A stretch of 64,000 nt of DNA from a virus (IMGVR_UViG_3300014968_000012:23250-87249); one strand, 5' to 3'. Positions 1-10,162 are shown, counted from the first letter of the stretch. Made by a program: numbers and translations. The notes: a model not told the origin generated them from the sequence alone.

Positions 1-13
1 TCTGATCGTCCGT

Positions 14-1027
14 GTGCACTTCCAGGACGCGCGCTATGACTGGGCGCCGGAATCGCACATCCGCGCGCTGTTGGGGGACCTGGCCAGGCTCCAAGCCCTG
101 TCCTCCCACACTCTCGCCACCACGGACTCGCGTCTGGCCGGCGCCGGAATCCTGCTCATCGGCGATTCGGTGTCGCCGCCGCCGGGGAATCCCGGTGACG
201 AGGTCCAGCATTCCGACCCGTTCGTGGACAACCTGATTAACTCCATGGTGGTCCCGATCAATGATCGGAATTCTGCGAGTGCAGTTGTGCCATTTGTCGT
301 CCGCGTGCCGGACGAAGCCCTGGACAAGATCAAGCACATTACTTTTTCCACGCCGTTTGATGAGCAGGTTCCCAAGCTCACTGATATGACGTTGAAAAAG
401 ATCGCCATCGGCTTGTCAATGCCGCCGGAAATTCTGCTGGGAATTGGTGATACAAATCATTGGTCCGCCTGGGCCATTGACGAGAATGTCGTGAAGCTCA
501 GCATTGCGCCAGTGCTGGGCGTGATCTGCCAGGCGCTCACGTGCAACTACATGCGGCCGGCGTACGAGGCGGACCAGAAAAAGCCGTGCAATGCGGTGAT
601 CTGGTTCGACACGACCGAGCTCACGCAGCGCCCGGACAAGAGCGAAGACGCGCTGACCCTGAACGCGCGCGGCCTCATCTCCGACGCGACCACGCGCCGC
701 GCGTGCGGGTTCAGTGAGGACGACGCCCCGACCGACGCCGAGCGGCTGAAGAGCATCCTGTGGGACCTGGCCACGAACCCGGCCACCGCGGCGCTGATCC
801 TGCCCACACTCGGCGTGAACCTGCCCGAGCTCGCAAGCGGCCGGCTCACCCGCACGCCGGCCGTCATCTCCGAGCCCGACGGCACGGCCGACGACAGCGG
901 CGCCGAAGACGCCGAGCTCGCCGACCCGCCGCCCGTGGACAAGACGCGGTCCATCCCGGACCGGCCGTCCCGCAACACGCCGCCGGCCACGCCGGCACTC
1001 CCGGCCGGACGCGGGGGTGGCTCGTGA
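14..1027 (+). CDS. Phage portal protein, C-terminal part (gene probably starts before the window)
   Basis: GMPPEILLG...NHWSAWAIDE..VK..IAP and IWFDTTEL..RPD motifs typical of actinophage portals; lies directly upstream of the MuF gene. Confidence 0.85.
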   Translation: MHFQDARYDWAPESHIRALLGDLARLQALSSHTLATTDSRLAGAGILLIGDSVSPPPGNPGDEVQHSDPFVDNLINSMVVPINDRNSASAVVPFVVRVPDEALDKIKHITFSTPFDEQVPKLTDMTLKKIAIGLSMPPEILLGIGDTNHWSAWAIDENVVKLSIAPVLGVICQALTCNYMRPAYEADQKKPCNAVIWFDTTELTQRPDKSEDALTLNARGLISDATTRRACGFSEDDAPTDAERLKSILWDLATNPATAALILPTLGVNLPELASGRLTRTPAVISEPDGTADDSGAEDAELADPPPVDKTRSIPDRPSRNTPPATPALPAGRGGGS

Positions 1028-4000
1028 TCCCCGCCCCGTTCACCGTCGGCGACCCGTTCGCCGCGGCCCGCCTGCGCGCGACGGCCCACATCATCCGGTC
1101 CGAACGCGACCTCACCCGCAAGATCACGGCCGCGATGGACCGGTGGCTGGAAGGCGCCGTCAAGGCGATCTATGGCCGGCCCAACGCGCTGTCCCTGATC
1201 GCCGACGCCGGCGACGTGACCACCGGCACCGGCGCGGCCGGGGAGTCCCTGCCCAACCTGAATCTGTGGCCTGACCTGGGCTCGTGGCAAGTGATGATTG
1301 ACACGGTCGTCCTGCCCGAGATCACGAAACTGTTCGGGGACGCGTTCATCAAGGCGACCCGCGAGGCGGACATTCAGGACGCCCCATACAGTCAGGCCTA
1401 CATCGCGATTGTCCACGACCGGCTGAGCCGGAACCTGTGGCCGAACGACGTATTCGACGACGTCCGCGAGGTGATCGGCGACGGCATCGCCGAAGGCCTG
1501 TCCATCGACAACATCACCAAGAATCTTCGGTCGGTCCTCCAGGTAGATCACTACGCATGGGAGGCCCGCCGGATCGCGCGGACCGAGACCATGGGCGCCG
1601 TCAACGGCGGCCAGTGGAACGGCGCCAGCGCGTACGCCGAGCTCACCGGCGAGACGATGTTCAAACAGTGGTTTGCCACGATGGACACCCGCGTCCGGCT
1701 GGACCACTCCAGGGCCCACCAGCAAGTCGTCCCGATCCAGACGGACTTCGTCGTGGGCGGCTACATGATGGCCTATCCCGCCGCGCCCGACGGACCCGCC
1801 TCAGAGGTCTGCAACTGCCGCTGTGCCCTGTTGATCTTGGACGAGCAAGAGGCGTCCGCCTATATCGACGTCGGCGACTGGTCCGGCGACGACGGCGAAC
1901 AGGGCCCGGACGAAAACCTCCAGGACATCCTCACCGAAGCCGGGGTGTCCGACGCCGCTACCACCATCAGCCCGGATGATCTGGGGGTCTCCGTGACCGG
2001 CTCTACAGCCACGTTCGCAGGCAGCGCACCGACCATCGCGCCCGGCGCCCCGCCGGTCGTCCAGGCCCCCGGGGACACCGCCCCGGACGGCACGGACGGC
2101 CGCTACTGGTGGGGCATCCTGGCGCCGCTGGACACCGATTCCGCCGACGGCCGCGTGATCAGCGCCCCCGACGGCGGCGACCCGCGCACACGGCCGCTCC
2201 CCGTCCCGATCCTGTATCAGGACACGTTGGCCCCGGCCCACGACGGCGCGTTTCAGGTGGGCCTGATCCGGGCCGTGGGCGTCAAAAACGGCAACCTGTA
2301 CGGCGCCGGCACGTTCGACATGGAGGACCCCCGCGCCGCCGGCATCGCGCGCAAGGTGAAGAGCGGCAACGCCGGCTGGATCTCCGTGGACCTGGACGAC
2401 ACCACCATGGAGTTCGAAGCCGCCGCCGACGGCGACGAGGAACGCGGCCGGGTCGTCGCATCGGACTGGCGCCTGATGTCCGCCACGCTCGTGAACCAGC
2501 CCGCCTTCCCCGAAGCGAAGATCCAGACAGGACGGCCCGGCGACTACTTCCCCGAGCTGGACAAGGCGCTGGACGATTCGGACATCGGGGCTCACTCGGC
2601 GTACGACCCCGAGACGTACCAGATGTGTACCGACCGGCGCTGCGAGCGGTGCACCACGTTCCTGTCCACGGTGTTCGGGCTCTGCGTGGACCAGGACTGT
2701 ACGACGTGCAAGACCGGCGGGTGGCACGCCCCGCCCGCCACCGTCGCCGCGGCGACGCCCTGGCCGTTCACGTGCTGCGACAACTGCGTGGTCTGTGCCA
2801 CCGGCCACGAGCATGTGTACGGCGGCCGGTTCGCGTGCTGCCAGGACGCCGACTGTGAGATGTGCCCGGAGTACGGCGCCCCGTGCGACGACCCCGAGTG
2901 CGAATACTGCGGCAACCACACCGGCGCGGCCGCCGACGGCGACCAGGCGGCCGGCGCCGGCGCACACGCGAACCAGGACGGCCAGTGTGAACCGGACTGC
3001 GCGGACTGCGCGCTGGACGCGTACGCCTGCGACGACCCCGAGTGCGGCGAGTGCCGCGCCGTCGCCGCCGCGGTGGCGCTCGGGAAGACGGTCCCGCACA
3101 AGGGGTCCACCGGGCCGGCCAAGCCGTCCGGGAAGCGGCACGCCCACACCAGCAAGCACGGCAAGAACAAGGGGCGCCGCACGCTGTCCGTTCCGGCCAC
3201 GTCCGTGCGCCGACCGACGAAGCCGGCCACGAAGCCCACGGCGCCAGCGACGCGCACGGCCGCCCCCACCGCCGGCATGAGCATTCGAGAGGGGGGCGCG
3301 ATGCGCTTCACCGTCCTTCACCCGGACACCGGTCTTCCGGTGGCGGACCGCAACGCCGCATGGGACTCGGGCGCGGCCGCCAAGCGCGTGGCCGACTACG
3401 CGCGCACGAACGGCGCCCTGGACCCGGCCAAGTACGGAAAGGCGTTCCTGTACCGCGACGCCGGCGCCGACGCGGCCACCGCCGCGGCGTACAAGCTCGG
3501 ATACGCGGACATCGTGAACGGCCGGCTGACCATCATCCCCAAGGGCGTGTTCGCCGTCGCCGGCGCACTCCAGGGCGCCAGGACGCCGCTTCAGGTCCCG
3601 TCCGCCGAGCGGGCCGGCCTGCGCTCGGCGGTGGAACGGCTGTACGGCCGCCTCGCCTCAGCGCTCAAGGACGACACGATCAAGGCGCCGTGGAAGGACG
3701 ATGAGAAGACGGCGGCCCACGGCGCGGTCACGTTCGCCGCGCTGACCGCCGCCGGCGTGTTCGCCCCGCCCGTCGCCTGGTTCGATGACCCGCGCCTGGA
3801 CGGCCCCACGGGGACGATCGTCACCGACGAGGGACGCACGTACGGCCACATCGCCGCATGGGGCACGTGCCACACCGGCATCCCGGGCAAGTGCGTGAAG
3901 CCGCCGAAGTCCAAGAGCGGTTACGCGTACTTCCACCTCGGGCTCGTCCGCACCGCTGAGGGTGAGGACGTCCCGGTGGGGACGCTCCACTTCGGCACCG

Positions 4001-4608
4001 ACCACGCCGACACCCGCGCGTCGGTGAAACTCCACGACGCCCAGCGCCACTACGCCGACACCGGGTGCGCCGCCGCCGTGGTCCGCGTCGGTGAGGACAA
4101 GCACGGGATTTGGTTCGCCGGCGCCGTGCTGCCCGGCCTGGACGATGCCGGCCTGGCCACGCTGCGGCACGCCCCGCTGTCCGGGGACTGGCGCCAGGTG
4201 GCCGGCGCGCTGGAGCTCGTCGGCGCGCTGTGCGTGAACCAGCCCGGCTTCCCGATCCCGCGCACCAAGTGGAGCACCGACGAGGGCCAACAGGTCTTCG
4301 CGCTGTGCGCCGCCGGCGCGATCCAGCCGGCCCCGGTCGGCGGTCAGTGCTCGTGCGACGTCTGCCCGGCCCCTGTGGACGACGAGGTCCCGGGCCCGGA
4401 CGAGGCCCGCGCCGAGTTCGCCCGGCTCATGGCGCCCCTGGTCGCCGATGAGCTTCGGGGCGACGCCGCACGCGTCCGGGACGCCCGGGCAACGGCGGCG
4501 ATGAACTCCCTCAGCGGCGGCCGCTCGGGGGCGGCCGCGCCCAGCGATTCCGGTACTCGGCGCGACCGTCTGGCGCGCGCCGCGGCAACCCTTCGAAAGG
4601 GGGTCTGA
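1024..4608 (+). CDS. MuF-like minor head protein / capsid maturation protease fusion (~1194 aa)
   Basis: GTG overlaps the portal stop. MuF motif RIARTE...KQW.AT.D.RVR..H...EVCNCRC; protease-like domain (GILAP...DGR...HDG...WISVDLDD...PAF); Cys-rich insert; second protease-like domain (LSGDWR...LELVGAL.VNQPGFP). Confidence 0.85.
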   Translation: MIPAPFTVGDPFAAARLRATAHIIRSERDLTRKITAAMDRWLEGAVKAIYGRPNALSLIADAGDVTTGTGAAGESLPNLNLWPDLGSWQVMIDTVVLPEITKLFGDAFIKATREADIQDAPYSQAYIAIVHDRLSRNLWPNDVFDDVREVIGDGIAEGLSIDNITKNLRSVLQVDHYAWEARRIARTETMGAVNGGQWNGASAYAELTGETMFKQWFATMDTRVRLDHSRAHQQVVPIQTDFVVGGYMMAYPAAPDGPASEVCNCRCALLILDEQEASAYIDVGDWSGDDGEQGPDENLQDILTEAGVSDAATTISPDDLGVSVTGSTATFAGSAPTIAPGAPPVVQAPGDTAPDGTDGRYWWGILAPLDTDSADGRVISAPDGGDPRTRPLPVPILYQDTLAPAHDGAFQVGLIRAVGVKNGNLYGAGTFDMEDPRAAGIARKVKSGNAGWISVDLDDTTMEFEAAADGDEERGRVVASDWRLMSATLVNQPAFPEAKIQTGRPGDYFPELDKALDDSDIGAHSAYDPETYQMCTDRRCERCTTFLSTVFGLCVDQDCTTCKTGGWHAPPATVAAATPWPFTCCDNCVVCATGHEHVYGGRFACCQDADCEMCPEYGAPCDDPECEYCGNHTGAAADGDQAAGAGAHANQDGQCEPDCADCALDAYACDDPECGECRAVAAAVALGKTVPHKGSTGPAKPSGKRHAHTSKHGKNKGRRTLSVPATSVRRPTKPATKPTAPATRTAAPTAGMSIREGGAMRFTVLHPDTGLPVADRNAAWDSGAAAKRVADYARTNGALDPAKYGKAFLYRDAGADAATAAAYKLGYADIVNGRLTIIPKGVFAVAGALQGARTPLQVPSAERAGLRSAVERLYGRLASALKDDTIKAPWKDDEKTAAHGAVTFAALTAAGVFAPPVAWFDDPRLDGPTGTIVTDEGRTYGHIAAWGTCHTGIPGKCVKPPKSKSGYAYFHLGLVRTAEGEDVPVGTLHFGTDHADTRASVKLHDAQRHYADTGCAAAVVRVGEDKHGIWFAGAVLPGLDDAGLATLRHAPLSGDWRQVAGALELVGALCVNQPGFPIPRTKWSTDEGQQVFALCAAGAIQPAPVGGQCSCDVCPAPVDDEVPGPDEARAEFARLMAPLVADELRGDAARVRDARATAAMNSLSGGRSGAAAPSDSGTRRDRLARAAATLRKGV

Positions 4609-4609
4609 C

Positions 4610-4840
4610 ATGGGGTGCTGTGGCTCGTCCAGCACGTCCCCGGGTCCGTCTCACGCCTCGTGGGCCACCTCGTCGTCCACCAGCGGCACGGTGGCCCTGA
4701 AATGGCGCGTGACCAAGCGGGACGGCTCAGTGTCCTGGTTCGCGGACCAAATCCTTGCGTACGCCGAAGCCGGCGTCAGCGGGGGCGCCGTGGACTACGT
4801 GCCCGAGGGACAACCGACCGACACGGGGGTGAGCCCATAG
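4610..4840 (+). CDS. Small head-region protein (MGCCG N-terminus)
   Basis: Fills the gap between the protease fusion and capsid gene; GC3-biased codons. Confidence 0.55.
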   Translation: MGCCGSSSTSPGPSHASWATSSSTSGTVALKWRVTKRDGSVSWFADQILAYAEAGVSGGAVDYVPEGQPTDTGVSP

Positions 4841-4928
4841 GCGCCGCGTGTGAGGCAGCAAACGGGGGGGCGGAAATCGAGAACCACGGACCCGGCGACC
4901 CGGGTCCCCGCCCGAAGGATCACACGGA

Positions 4929-6695
4929 ATGAACCTGCTTGAGGAACTGATCCAGGCCCGCAACGGGGCTGAGTCGGAAGAGGCCCGGTTCTCGGCGATG
5001 GCCGACGTCCTGGCCGCTCATCCGGACGCGGACCTGGCGACCCTGATCAACGAGGCGTCGGCGAACGGTGACGCGCTGTTCGCGCTCGGGGACGACATGT
5101 CCGACGACGACGTGGAGACGATCGAGGCCCTGGCCGACGTCCGCCAGGCCGCCGAGCGCCGCACGGACGAGCTCGCGACGCTGCGGGCGGCCCGTACGAA
5201 GCGCGCGGCTGAGGCTCTGGAGCGGGCCAAGGCCAAGCGCGCGGCGGCCGCTGAGGGTGGCGACGGCGGCGACGGCGGCGAGGGTGAGGAAGGCGACGGC
5301 GGCGAGGAAGGCGGCGAGGGTGACGGCCGCCGGCGTCGCAGTTCCAACGCCGTGGTGCGCGACCGGCGCGCCCAGCTCGGGCAGATCCGGTCGTACAACC
5401 CGGGCAACCGGAACGAGGCCCAGCGCGCCCGGCCGAATGAGGGGTTCTGGACGATCGAGTCCAGCACCGGCGTGGACCTCGGGGACCTGTCCGGCCTGGC
5501 CGCGGCGGTCCAGCGGCGCATCGGCGGCCTGGAGCGCGCCGGCGTCGGCCGGACCGTGGAGGCGTCTATCGCGATGATCCGGCGCACGCTGCCGGAAGAG
5601 TACTTCGCGCAGGACGGCGGCAAGGAAGAGACCGTCACGCTGGCACAGCTTGACTCGATCAGGGACGAGCGGGCGGCGGCGCTGGTCGCGGCCGGCGGAT
5701 GGTGTGCGCCCTCAGAGATCATTTATACGCTGTGCCCGACGGCCAGCATGGAAGGTCTTCTGGACCACCCGACGGTCATCGTCCGGCGCGGTGGTCTGCG
5801 CTGGCCGCAGACGCCGGATTTCTCGACTGTGTACGGGAATGTCGGGTTCAACCAGTCGGAATCGCAGGCCGCGGCCGGGACCACGAAGACGTGCTACGAC
5901 ATCACGTGCCCCGGGTTCTCTGAGCAGCGGATGAACGCCATCGGGCTGTGCTTGAGGAGTGGAATCCTCACGGCTCAGGCGTACCCCGAGCTCGTGGAGT
6001 ACTACGTGGAACAGAGCCTCGTGGCTCATGCCCACCAGGTGAACGCCTTCAAGCTCGCGCAGATGCAGAGCCTCGCCACGACGGTGCACTTCCAGCCGGT
6101 GTCCGGCACCCCGAACACCATCGGGTACGGCCCCGGCGCGTTCGCGTCCATCCTGGGCTCCCTGGAGATCCAGGTGGAAGACCTGCGCGCGAAGTACAGG
6201 TGGGGCCTGAACGAGGTCCTGGAGTGCGTCGCGCCGACCTGGGCCGAGCCGCTGATCCGGTCGGACCTGTCCAAGCGCACGGGCGTGGACCTGGCGAACG
6301 TCACTGACGAGATGATCGCCGAGTACTTCGCCAACCGGTCCATGAACCTGACCCTGGTCCGGGATTGGCAGGACGCTGCGACAACCTCCGGTGGCGCCGG
6401 CTTCGGCGGCACCACGCCGATGCTGGCGTACCCGGCGACGGTGGGCTTCCTGCTCTACCACCCGGACACGTACATCATCGGCCAGGCCGACGTCATCGAC
6501 CTGTCGGCGATCTACGACAGCACGAACGTCCAGACGAACACCTTCACGCGGCTGTTCTCGGAGGAAGGCGTCCTGGTGGGGCGCCGGTGCTTCGAGCCGC
6601 GGTTCGTCCAGGTGGACACGTGCCCGACGGGTCTCACCGGCGGGTGGATCGCGCCGGCCACGTCCCTGCCGGTCCTCACCTGCCCGGCGGCGTAG
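4929..6695 (+). CDS. Major capsid protein (hexamer type) with N-terminal scaffold-like region
   Basis: AAGGWCAPSE..Y motif after a ~250 aa coiled-coil/acidic leader; RBS present; followed by a hairpin. Confidence 0.9.
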   Translation: MNLLEELIQARNGAESEEARFSAMADVLAAHPDADLATLINEASANGDALFALGDDMSDDDVETIEALADVRQAAERRTDELATLRAARTKRAAEALERAKAKRAAAAEGGDGGDGGEGEEGDGGEEGGEGDGRRRRSSNAVVRDRRAQLGQIRSYNPGNRNEAQRARPNEGFWTIESSTGVDLGDLSGLAAAVQRRIGGLERAGVGRTVEASIAMIRRTLPEEYFAQDGGKEETVTLAQLDSIRDERAAALVAAGGWCAPSEIIYTLCPTASMEGLLDHPTVIVRRGGLRWPQTPDFSTVYGNVGFNQSESQAAAGTTKTCYDITCPGFSEQRMNAIGLCLRSGILTAQAYPELVEYYVEQSLVAHAHQVNAFKLAQMQSLATTVHFQPVSGTPNTIGYGPGAFASILGSLEIQVEDLRAKYRWGLNEVLECVAPTWAEPLIRSDLSKRTGVDLANVTDEMIAEYFANRSMNLTLVRDWQDAATTSGGAGFGGTTPMLAYPATVGFLLYHPDTYIIGQADVIDLSAIYDSTNVQTNTFTRLFSEEGVLVGRRCFEPRFVQVDTCPTGLTGGWIAPATSLPVLTCPAA

Positions 6696-6705
6696 CCCTC
6701 TCTCC

Positions 6706-6739
6706 CGCGCGGCCGCGATTCTCTGTCGCGGCCGCGCGG
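6706..6739 (+). terminator. Hairpin after the capsid gene
   Basis: cgcgcggccgcga-ttctctg-tcgcggccgcgcg inverted repeat just after the stop. Confidence 0.6.
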
Positions 6740-6787
6740 CCCCTGTATCAAAACCCTGGCAAACACTGAACTTGAAAGGCGCCGGCC

Positions 6788-7939
6788 GTGGTCGAAGCAC
6801 AGGACTGGGTCAGCCCACCGAACTATCAGTTCAAGGGCTACGGGCTTTTCGCCGCGGCGACCGTGATCGAGCAAGAGCGGCCGTTCCTCGGGCAAATCGT
6901 CTGGGAGCAAGACGCGTGCACGATGTCCGACAACTGGGCGATCTGTGTCAACCCGGGGGCGCCGGCGGCGAACACCGGCGTCGGAACGCTGACGTCGTCG
7001 CTCGGTTCAAGCTCGCCGACGGCGACGGTGGTCACCTTCACGATCACCGGAATGCACCCGTCCGCCACGGTCCAGATCAACCCCGGCGACGGCCGGCCGC
7101 TCCCGGCGACGGTCACCACCGACGGGTCCGGGAACGCGACGCAGACGTACACGTACGTGAATCCGGGCGTCTACAACGCGTCCGCGTCCACCACGGACGG
7201 CCCGCCCCCGACCAACATCACGTGGACGCAGGTCAACATCAATGCGTCCCTGATGCCGAAGATCATCCCGGGGCCGCAGTACGGCAACGCCCGGGGCTTC
7301 GCCGTCTACAACGGGATTCAGTGCAACAAGCTCGGGCTGACTGAGGAAGTCAAGCGCGCGCAACGGCGCCTGATGTGGACCGAAGAGCGCCAGGTGGAGT
7401 ACTGCCTCATGTCGGGCCAGGGCGGGAACTTCCCCTACCTGGGCGGCTGGAACGTCGGCGTGGCCGGCGGCGTCCAGGTGCTCGACCCCGGCGGCGGTTC
7501 GGTCCTGGGGTTCGTGGACGCGCTGGGGTGGCTGGAAGGGGAGCTGGGCGAGCAACTGGGGCCGCAGGGCATCATTCACGCCTCGCGGTACCTGGCGCCG
7601 ACGTTCGCAGCGAACTGGCAAACACAGCTCACGTCCACCTCGGGCGCCAGCGCGCAGTCCAGGACCACGACGGCCGGGACCAAGACGGTTTTCGGGTCGG
7701 GCTATCCGGCCATCGGGCCGGACGGCAAGCCGGCGGCCGCCGGCACGTCGTGGCTGTACGCCACGGGCCCGATCGTGATCTACCGCTCCCCGGTCCAGAC
7801 ATACGAGGTGTTCGCCGGCACGTCCGCGACGCCGCGGAACACGGCCATCGTGCTGGCCGAGCGTCAGTACATGATCCAAGTGGACTGTCCGATTCTCGCC
7901 GTTCAGTGCAGCGTGCCGGCCCCTCCCCACCTGCCCTAA
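6788..7939 (+). CDS. Second capsid protein (pentamer-type) with an inserted Ig/PKD-like domain
   Basis: YGLF..A, F.VY...C, ERQVE, G.IHA, WLYATG, LAERQY...DC pattern; Thr-rich beta insert containing INPGDG...TYTY.NPGVYNAS. Confidence 0.7.
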   Translation: MVEAQDWVSPPNYQFKGYGLFAAATVIEQERPFLGQIVWEQDACTMSDNWAICVNPGAPAANTGVGTLTSSLGSSSPTATVVTFTITGMHPSATVQINPGDGRPLPATVTTDGSGNATQTYTYVNPGVYNASASTTDGPPPTNITWTQVNINASLMPKIIPGPQYGNARGFAVYNGIQCNKLGLTEEVKRAQRRLMWTEERQVEYCLMSGQGGNFPYLGGWNVGVAGGVQVLDPGGGSVLGFVDALGWLEGELGEQLGPQGIIHASRYLAPTFAANWQTQLTSTSGASAQSRTTTAGTKTVFGSGYPAIGPDGKPAAAGTSWLYATGPIVIYRSPVQTYEVFAGTSATPRNTAIVLAERQYMIQVDCPILAVQCSVPAPPHLP

Positions 7940-7949
7940 GGACAATCCC

Positions 7950-8558
7950 TTGACAATCATCGTGCCCAAGGATGCCGACGACTTCGACGCGCTGTTGAAC
8001 CTCGCGCTGAACGCCGACTATCCGGACAAGCGCATTGAGTTGCGCACGCACACGCCGTTCACGTCGCTGGACGTCCCCGAGGGACTGGCCCGCGCGATGG
8101 GCTTCGTCCCCGCCGACGAGGCCGCCGCCGCGGCGCCGCCGGCGTCGCCCGAAGCCGTCGTCTCCCCCGAGCTCGGCGCCGACGACGACGGCCAGGCCGC
8201 CGAGCCCACGGCGCCGGCGACCCCGGACGACGAGGCGCCGGCCCCGGACGCGACGGCCGCTCAGGTCGAAGCAACGGCCGACGTCCCCACCGACGACGCC
8301 CCGGCCCCGGCGCCGGCCGACGTGCCCGCCGACGCGCGGGCGACCGACGCCGCCGAGCCGACGGCCCCGGAGACCACCGACGCCGCCGAGCCGGCGCCGG
8401 CCACGGAAGCCCCCACCGCCGCCGAGCCCGCCACCGCTGAGGAGATCGCGCCCGACGCGGCCGCCGACGCGGACGACGAGCCGGCCGCCGCCAGTGAGCC
8501 GACCCCGAGCCGCAGGAGCGGCCGGGGCGGCAAGTCCAAGGAAGGACGGGACGTCTGA
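7950..8558 (+). CDS. Head-tail region protein with an acidic Ala/Pro/Thr-rich tail
   Basis: TTG start; the stop overlaps the tail tube ATG; low-complexity C-terminus. Confidence 0.7.
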   Translation: MTIIVPKDADDFDALLNLALNADYPDKRIELRTHTPFTSLDVPEGLARAMGFVPADEAAAAAPPASPEAVVSPELGADDDGQAAEPTAPATPDDEAPAPDATAAQVEATADVPTDDAPAPAPADVPADARATDAAEPTAPETTDAAEPAPATEAPTAAEPATAEEIAPDAAADADDEPAAASEPTPSRRSGRGGKSKEGRDV

Positions 8559-10162
8559 TGGCGCCTCCCCAGTATTGCCCGTCGTACGCGTTCGGGCGCC
8601 GCCTGCGCGTCACGCGCCTGGACGGGTGCGGTAACCCCGTCGTCGGGCCGAAGTCGCAGGTTGTCACCCGCGCGTTCACGGAAGTCGCAATCAGCCCGAA
8701 CATCCTCACCGGCGACGAGATCACGGTGAAGAACGCGGGGGGTGAGCTGTGCATCTCGGATAAGGCCCTTGATTCGATCAAGTGGCTGAACATCAAGATC
8801 ACGATGTGTTCGCAGGACCCCGACCTGATCAGCATCCTGAACCCGACCTACGCTCAGGAGACGGACGAGGCCGGGTCGGCGATCGGGTTCCGCATGGACA
8901 CCTCGCAGACGTACGACGCCGCGTTCGCCGTGGAGCTCTGGACCGACGTCACCGGCGTGAACCTCTGCTCTCTGTCCGGCGAGGCGCCCCCCGGCGCGCA
9001 GGTCGGGCAGTGGGGCTATCTGTTGTTACCTTTCTGTCAAGGCGGATCGCCCGGAGACCTCTCCGTTTCCAACAAGGAACTTCTGACCGTGTGGAACGGC
9101 CGCACCCTGCCCAACGCCCAATGGGGCGTCGGGCCGTGGCCGGTCCGGTACGACATGACTCAGAGTCCTTGGTCGCCGCGTCCGCTGAGGACGCCGGTCG
9201 CCGGCACTCAGCCGCTCGTGTTCTTCCTCACCACGCTGGCGCCGCCTCAGGACCAGTGCGGCGCCCAGCCGGTCCCGGCCACGGTGCTGCCCGCCCCGGC
9301 CGGCCTGGAGTTCCTGAGCGCGACCGGGACGACCCTGTCCGCCTCGTGGAACCAGGTCCCCAGCGCGCTGAACTACACGATGACCGTCGTCCAGCACGGC
9401 ACGACGACGCCCGTCTTCACGGCGACCGTCCCGCCGACGGCGCTCCAGGGCACCGTCAGCGGCCTGACCGCCGCGACGACGTACGACGTGACGGTGACCG
9501 CCGACGGCGACGGCTCCACGCGCATCACGTCCGTCCCGTCGGCCGTGGTCCAGATGAGCACCCTTCCCCAGCTCGCCACGCCGACGGTGTCCAGCACGAC
9601 GCCGGCGCCGACTCAGACGAGCTTCAACGTCTCTTTCCCGCCGGTCACGAACGCCGTGTCCTACGTCGCCACGGCGGTGAAGAACGGGACCACGTCGCCG
9701 GTCTACACCGGCACCATCACGCCGGGGTCGCCGAACGTGGCGCACTTCAGCGGCGGCGGGATCGCCGGCGGCAACACGTACACCGTGTCCGTGGTGGCCA
9801 AGGGCGACAACATCAGCTATGCGGACTCGGCGGCGGGTACGCAGGCGATGACCACCGCGGCGCTGATCGCTCTATCGTCGCCGTCCGGCCTGACGGTGCC
9901 GAGCGGCACCATCACGGCGACCGGGGCTCAAGCCTCGTGGACGGCCGTCGCCAACGCGAGCTCGTACACCGCGGCGACCACCGTCACGTCCGGCGGCGCG
10001 GCGGCCGGCACCACGACCGTGGGCCCGCCGAACACCGCCACCGCGGCGACGGTCACCGGGCTGACGACGGCGACCGGCTACACCATCAGCGTCACGGCCG
10101 TGGGTGACGGGATCACCTACGCCAACAGCACGCCGGCCACGCAGACGTTCACCACGCACTAG
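8558..10162 (+). CDS. Major tail (tube) protein with three C-terminal fibronectin-III-like repeats
   Basis: GRRLRVTRLDGCG N-terminus typical of cluster-B-like tail tubes; three repeats of SW..V..A..Y...Y.V.V.A.GD. Confidence 0.85.
   Translation: MAPPQYCPSYAFGRRLRVTRLDGCGNPVVGPKSQVVTRAFTEVAISPNILTGDEITVKNAGGELCISDKALDSIKWLNIKITMCSQDPDLISILNPTYAQETDEAGSAIGFRMDTSQTYDAAFAVELWTDVTGVNLCSLSGEAPPGAQVGQWGYLLLPFCQGGSPGDLSVSNKELLTVWNGRTLPNAQWGVGPWPVRYDMTQSPWSPRPLRTPVAGTQPLVFFLTTLAPPQDQCGAQPVPATVLPAPAGLEFLSATGTTLSASWNQVPSALNYTMTVVQHGTTTPVFTATVPPTALQGTVSGLTAATTYDVTVTADGDGSTRITSVPSAVVQMSTLPQLATPTVSSTTPAPTQTSFNVSFPPVTNAVSYVATAVKNGTTSPVYTGTITPGSPNVAHFSGGGIAGGNTYTVSVVAKGDNISYADSAAGTQAMTTAALIALSSPSGLTVPSGTITATGAQASWTAVANASSYTAATTVTSGGAAAGTTTVGPPNTATAATVTGLTTATGYTISVTAVGDGITYANSTPATQTFTTH

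Noticed and set aside
760-1023. N-terminal extension of the MuF fusion from 760
   Set aside because: It overlaps the portal gene in another frame; the GTG at 1024 gives the canonical 4-bp overlap
7950-7955. TTGACA as another cassette promoter
   Set aside because: It is the TTG start codon context, with no TAACGT at N18 and no leader motif
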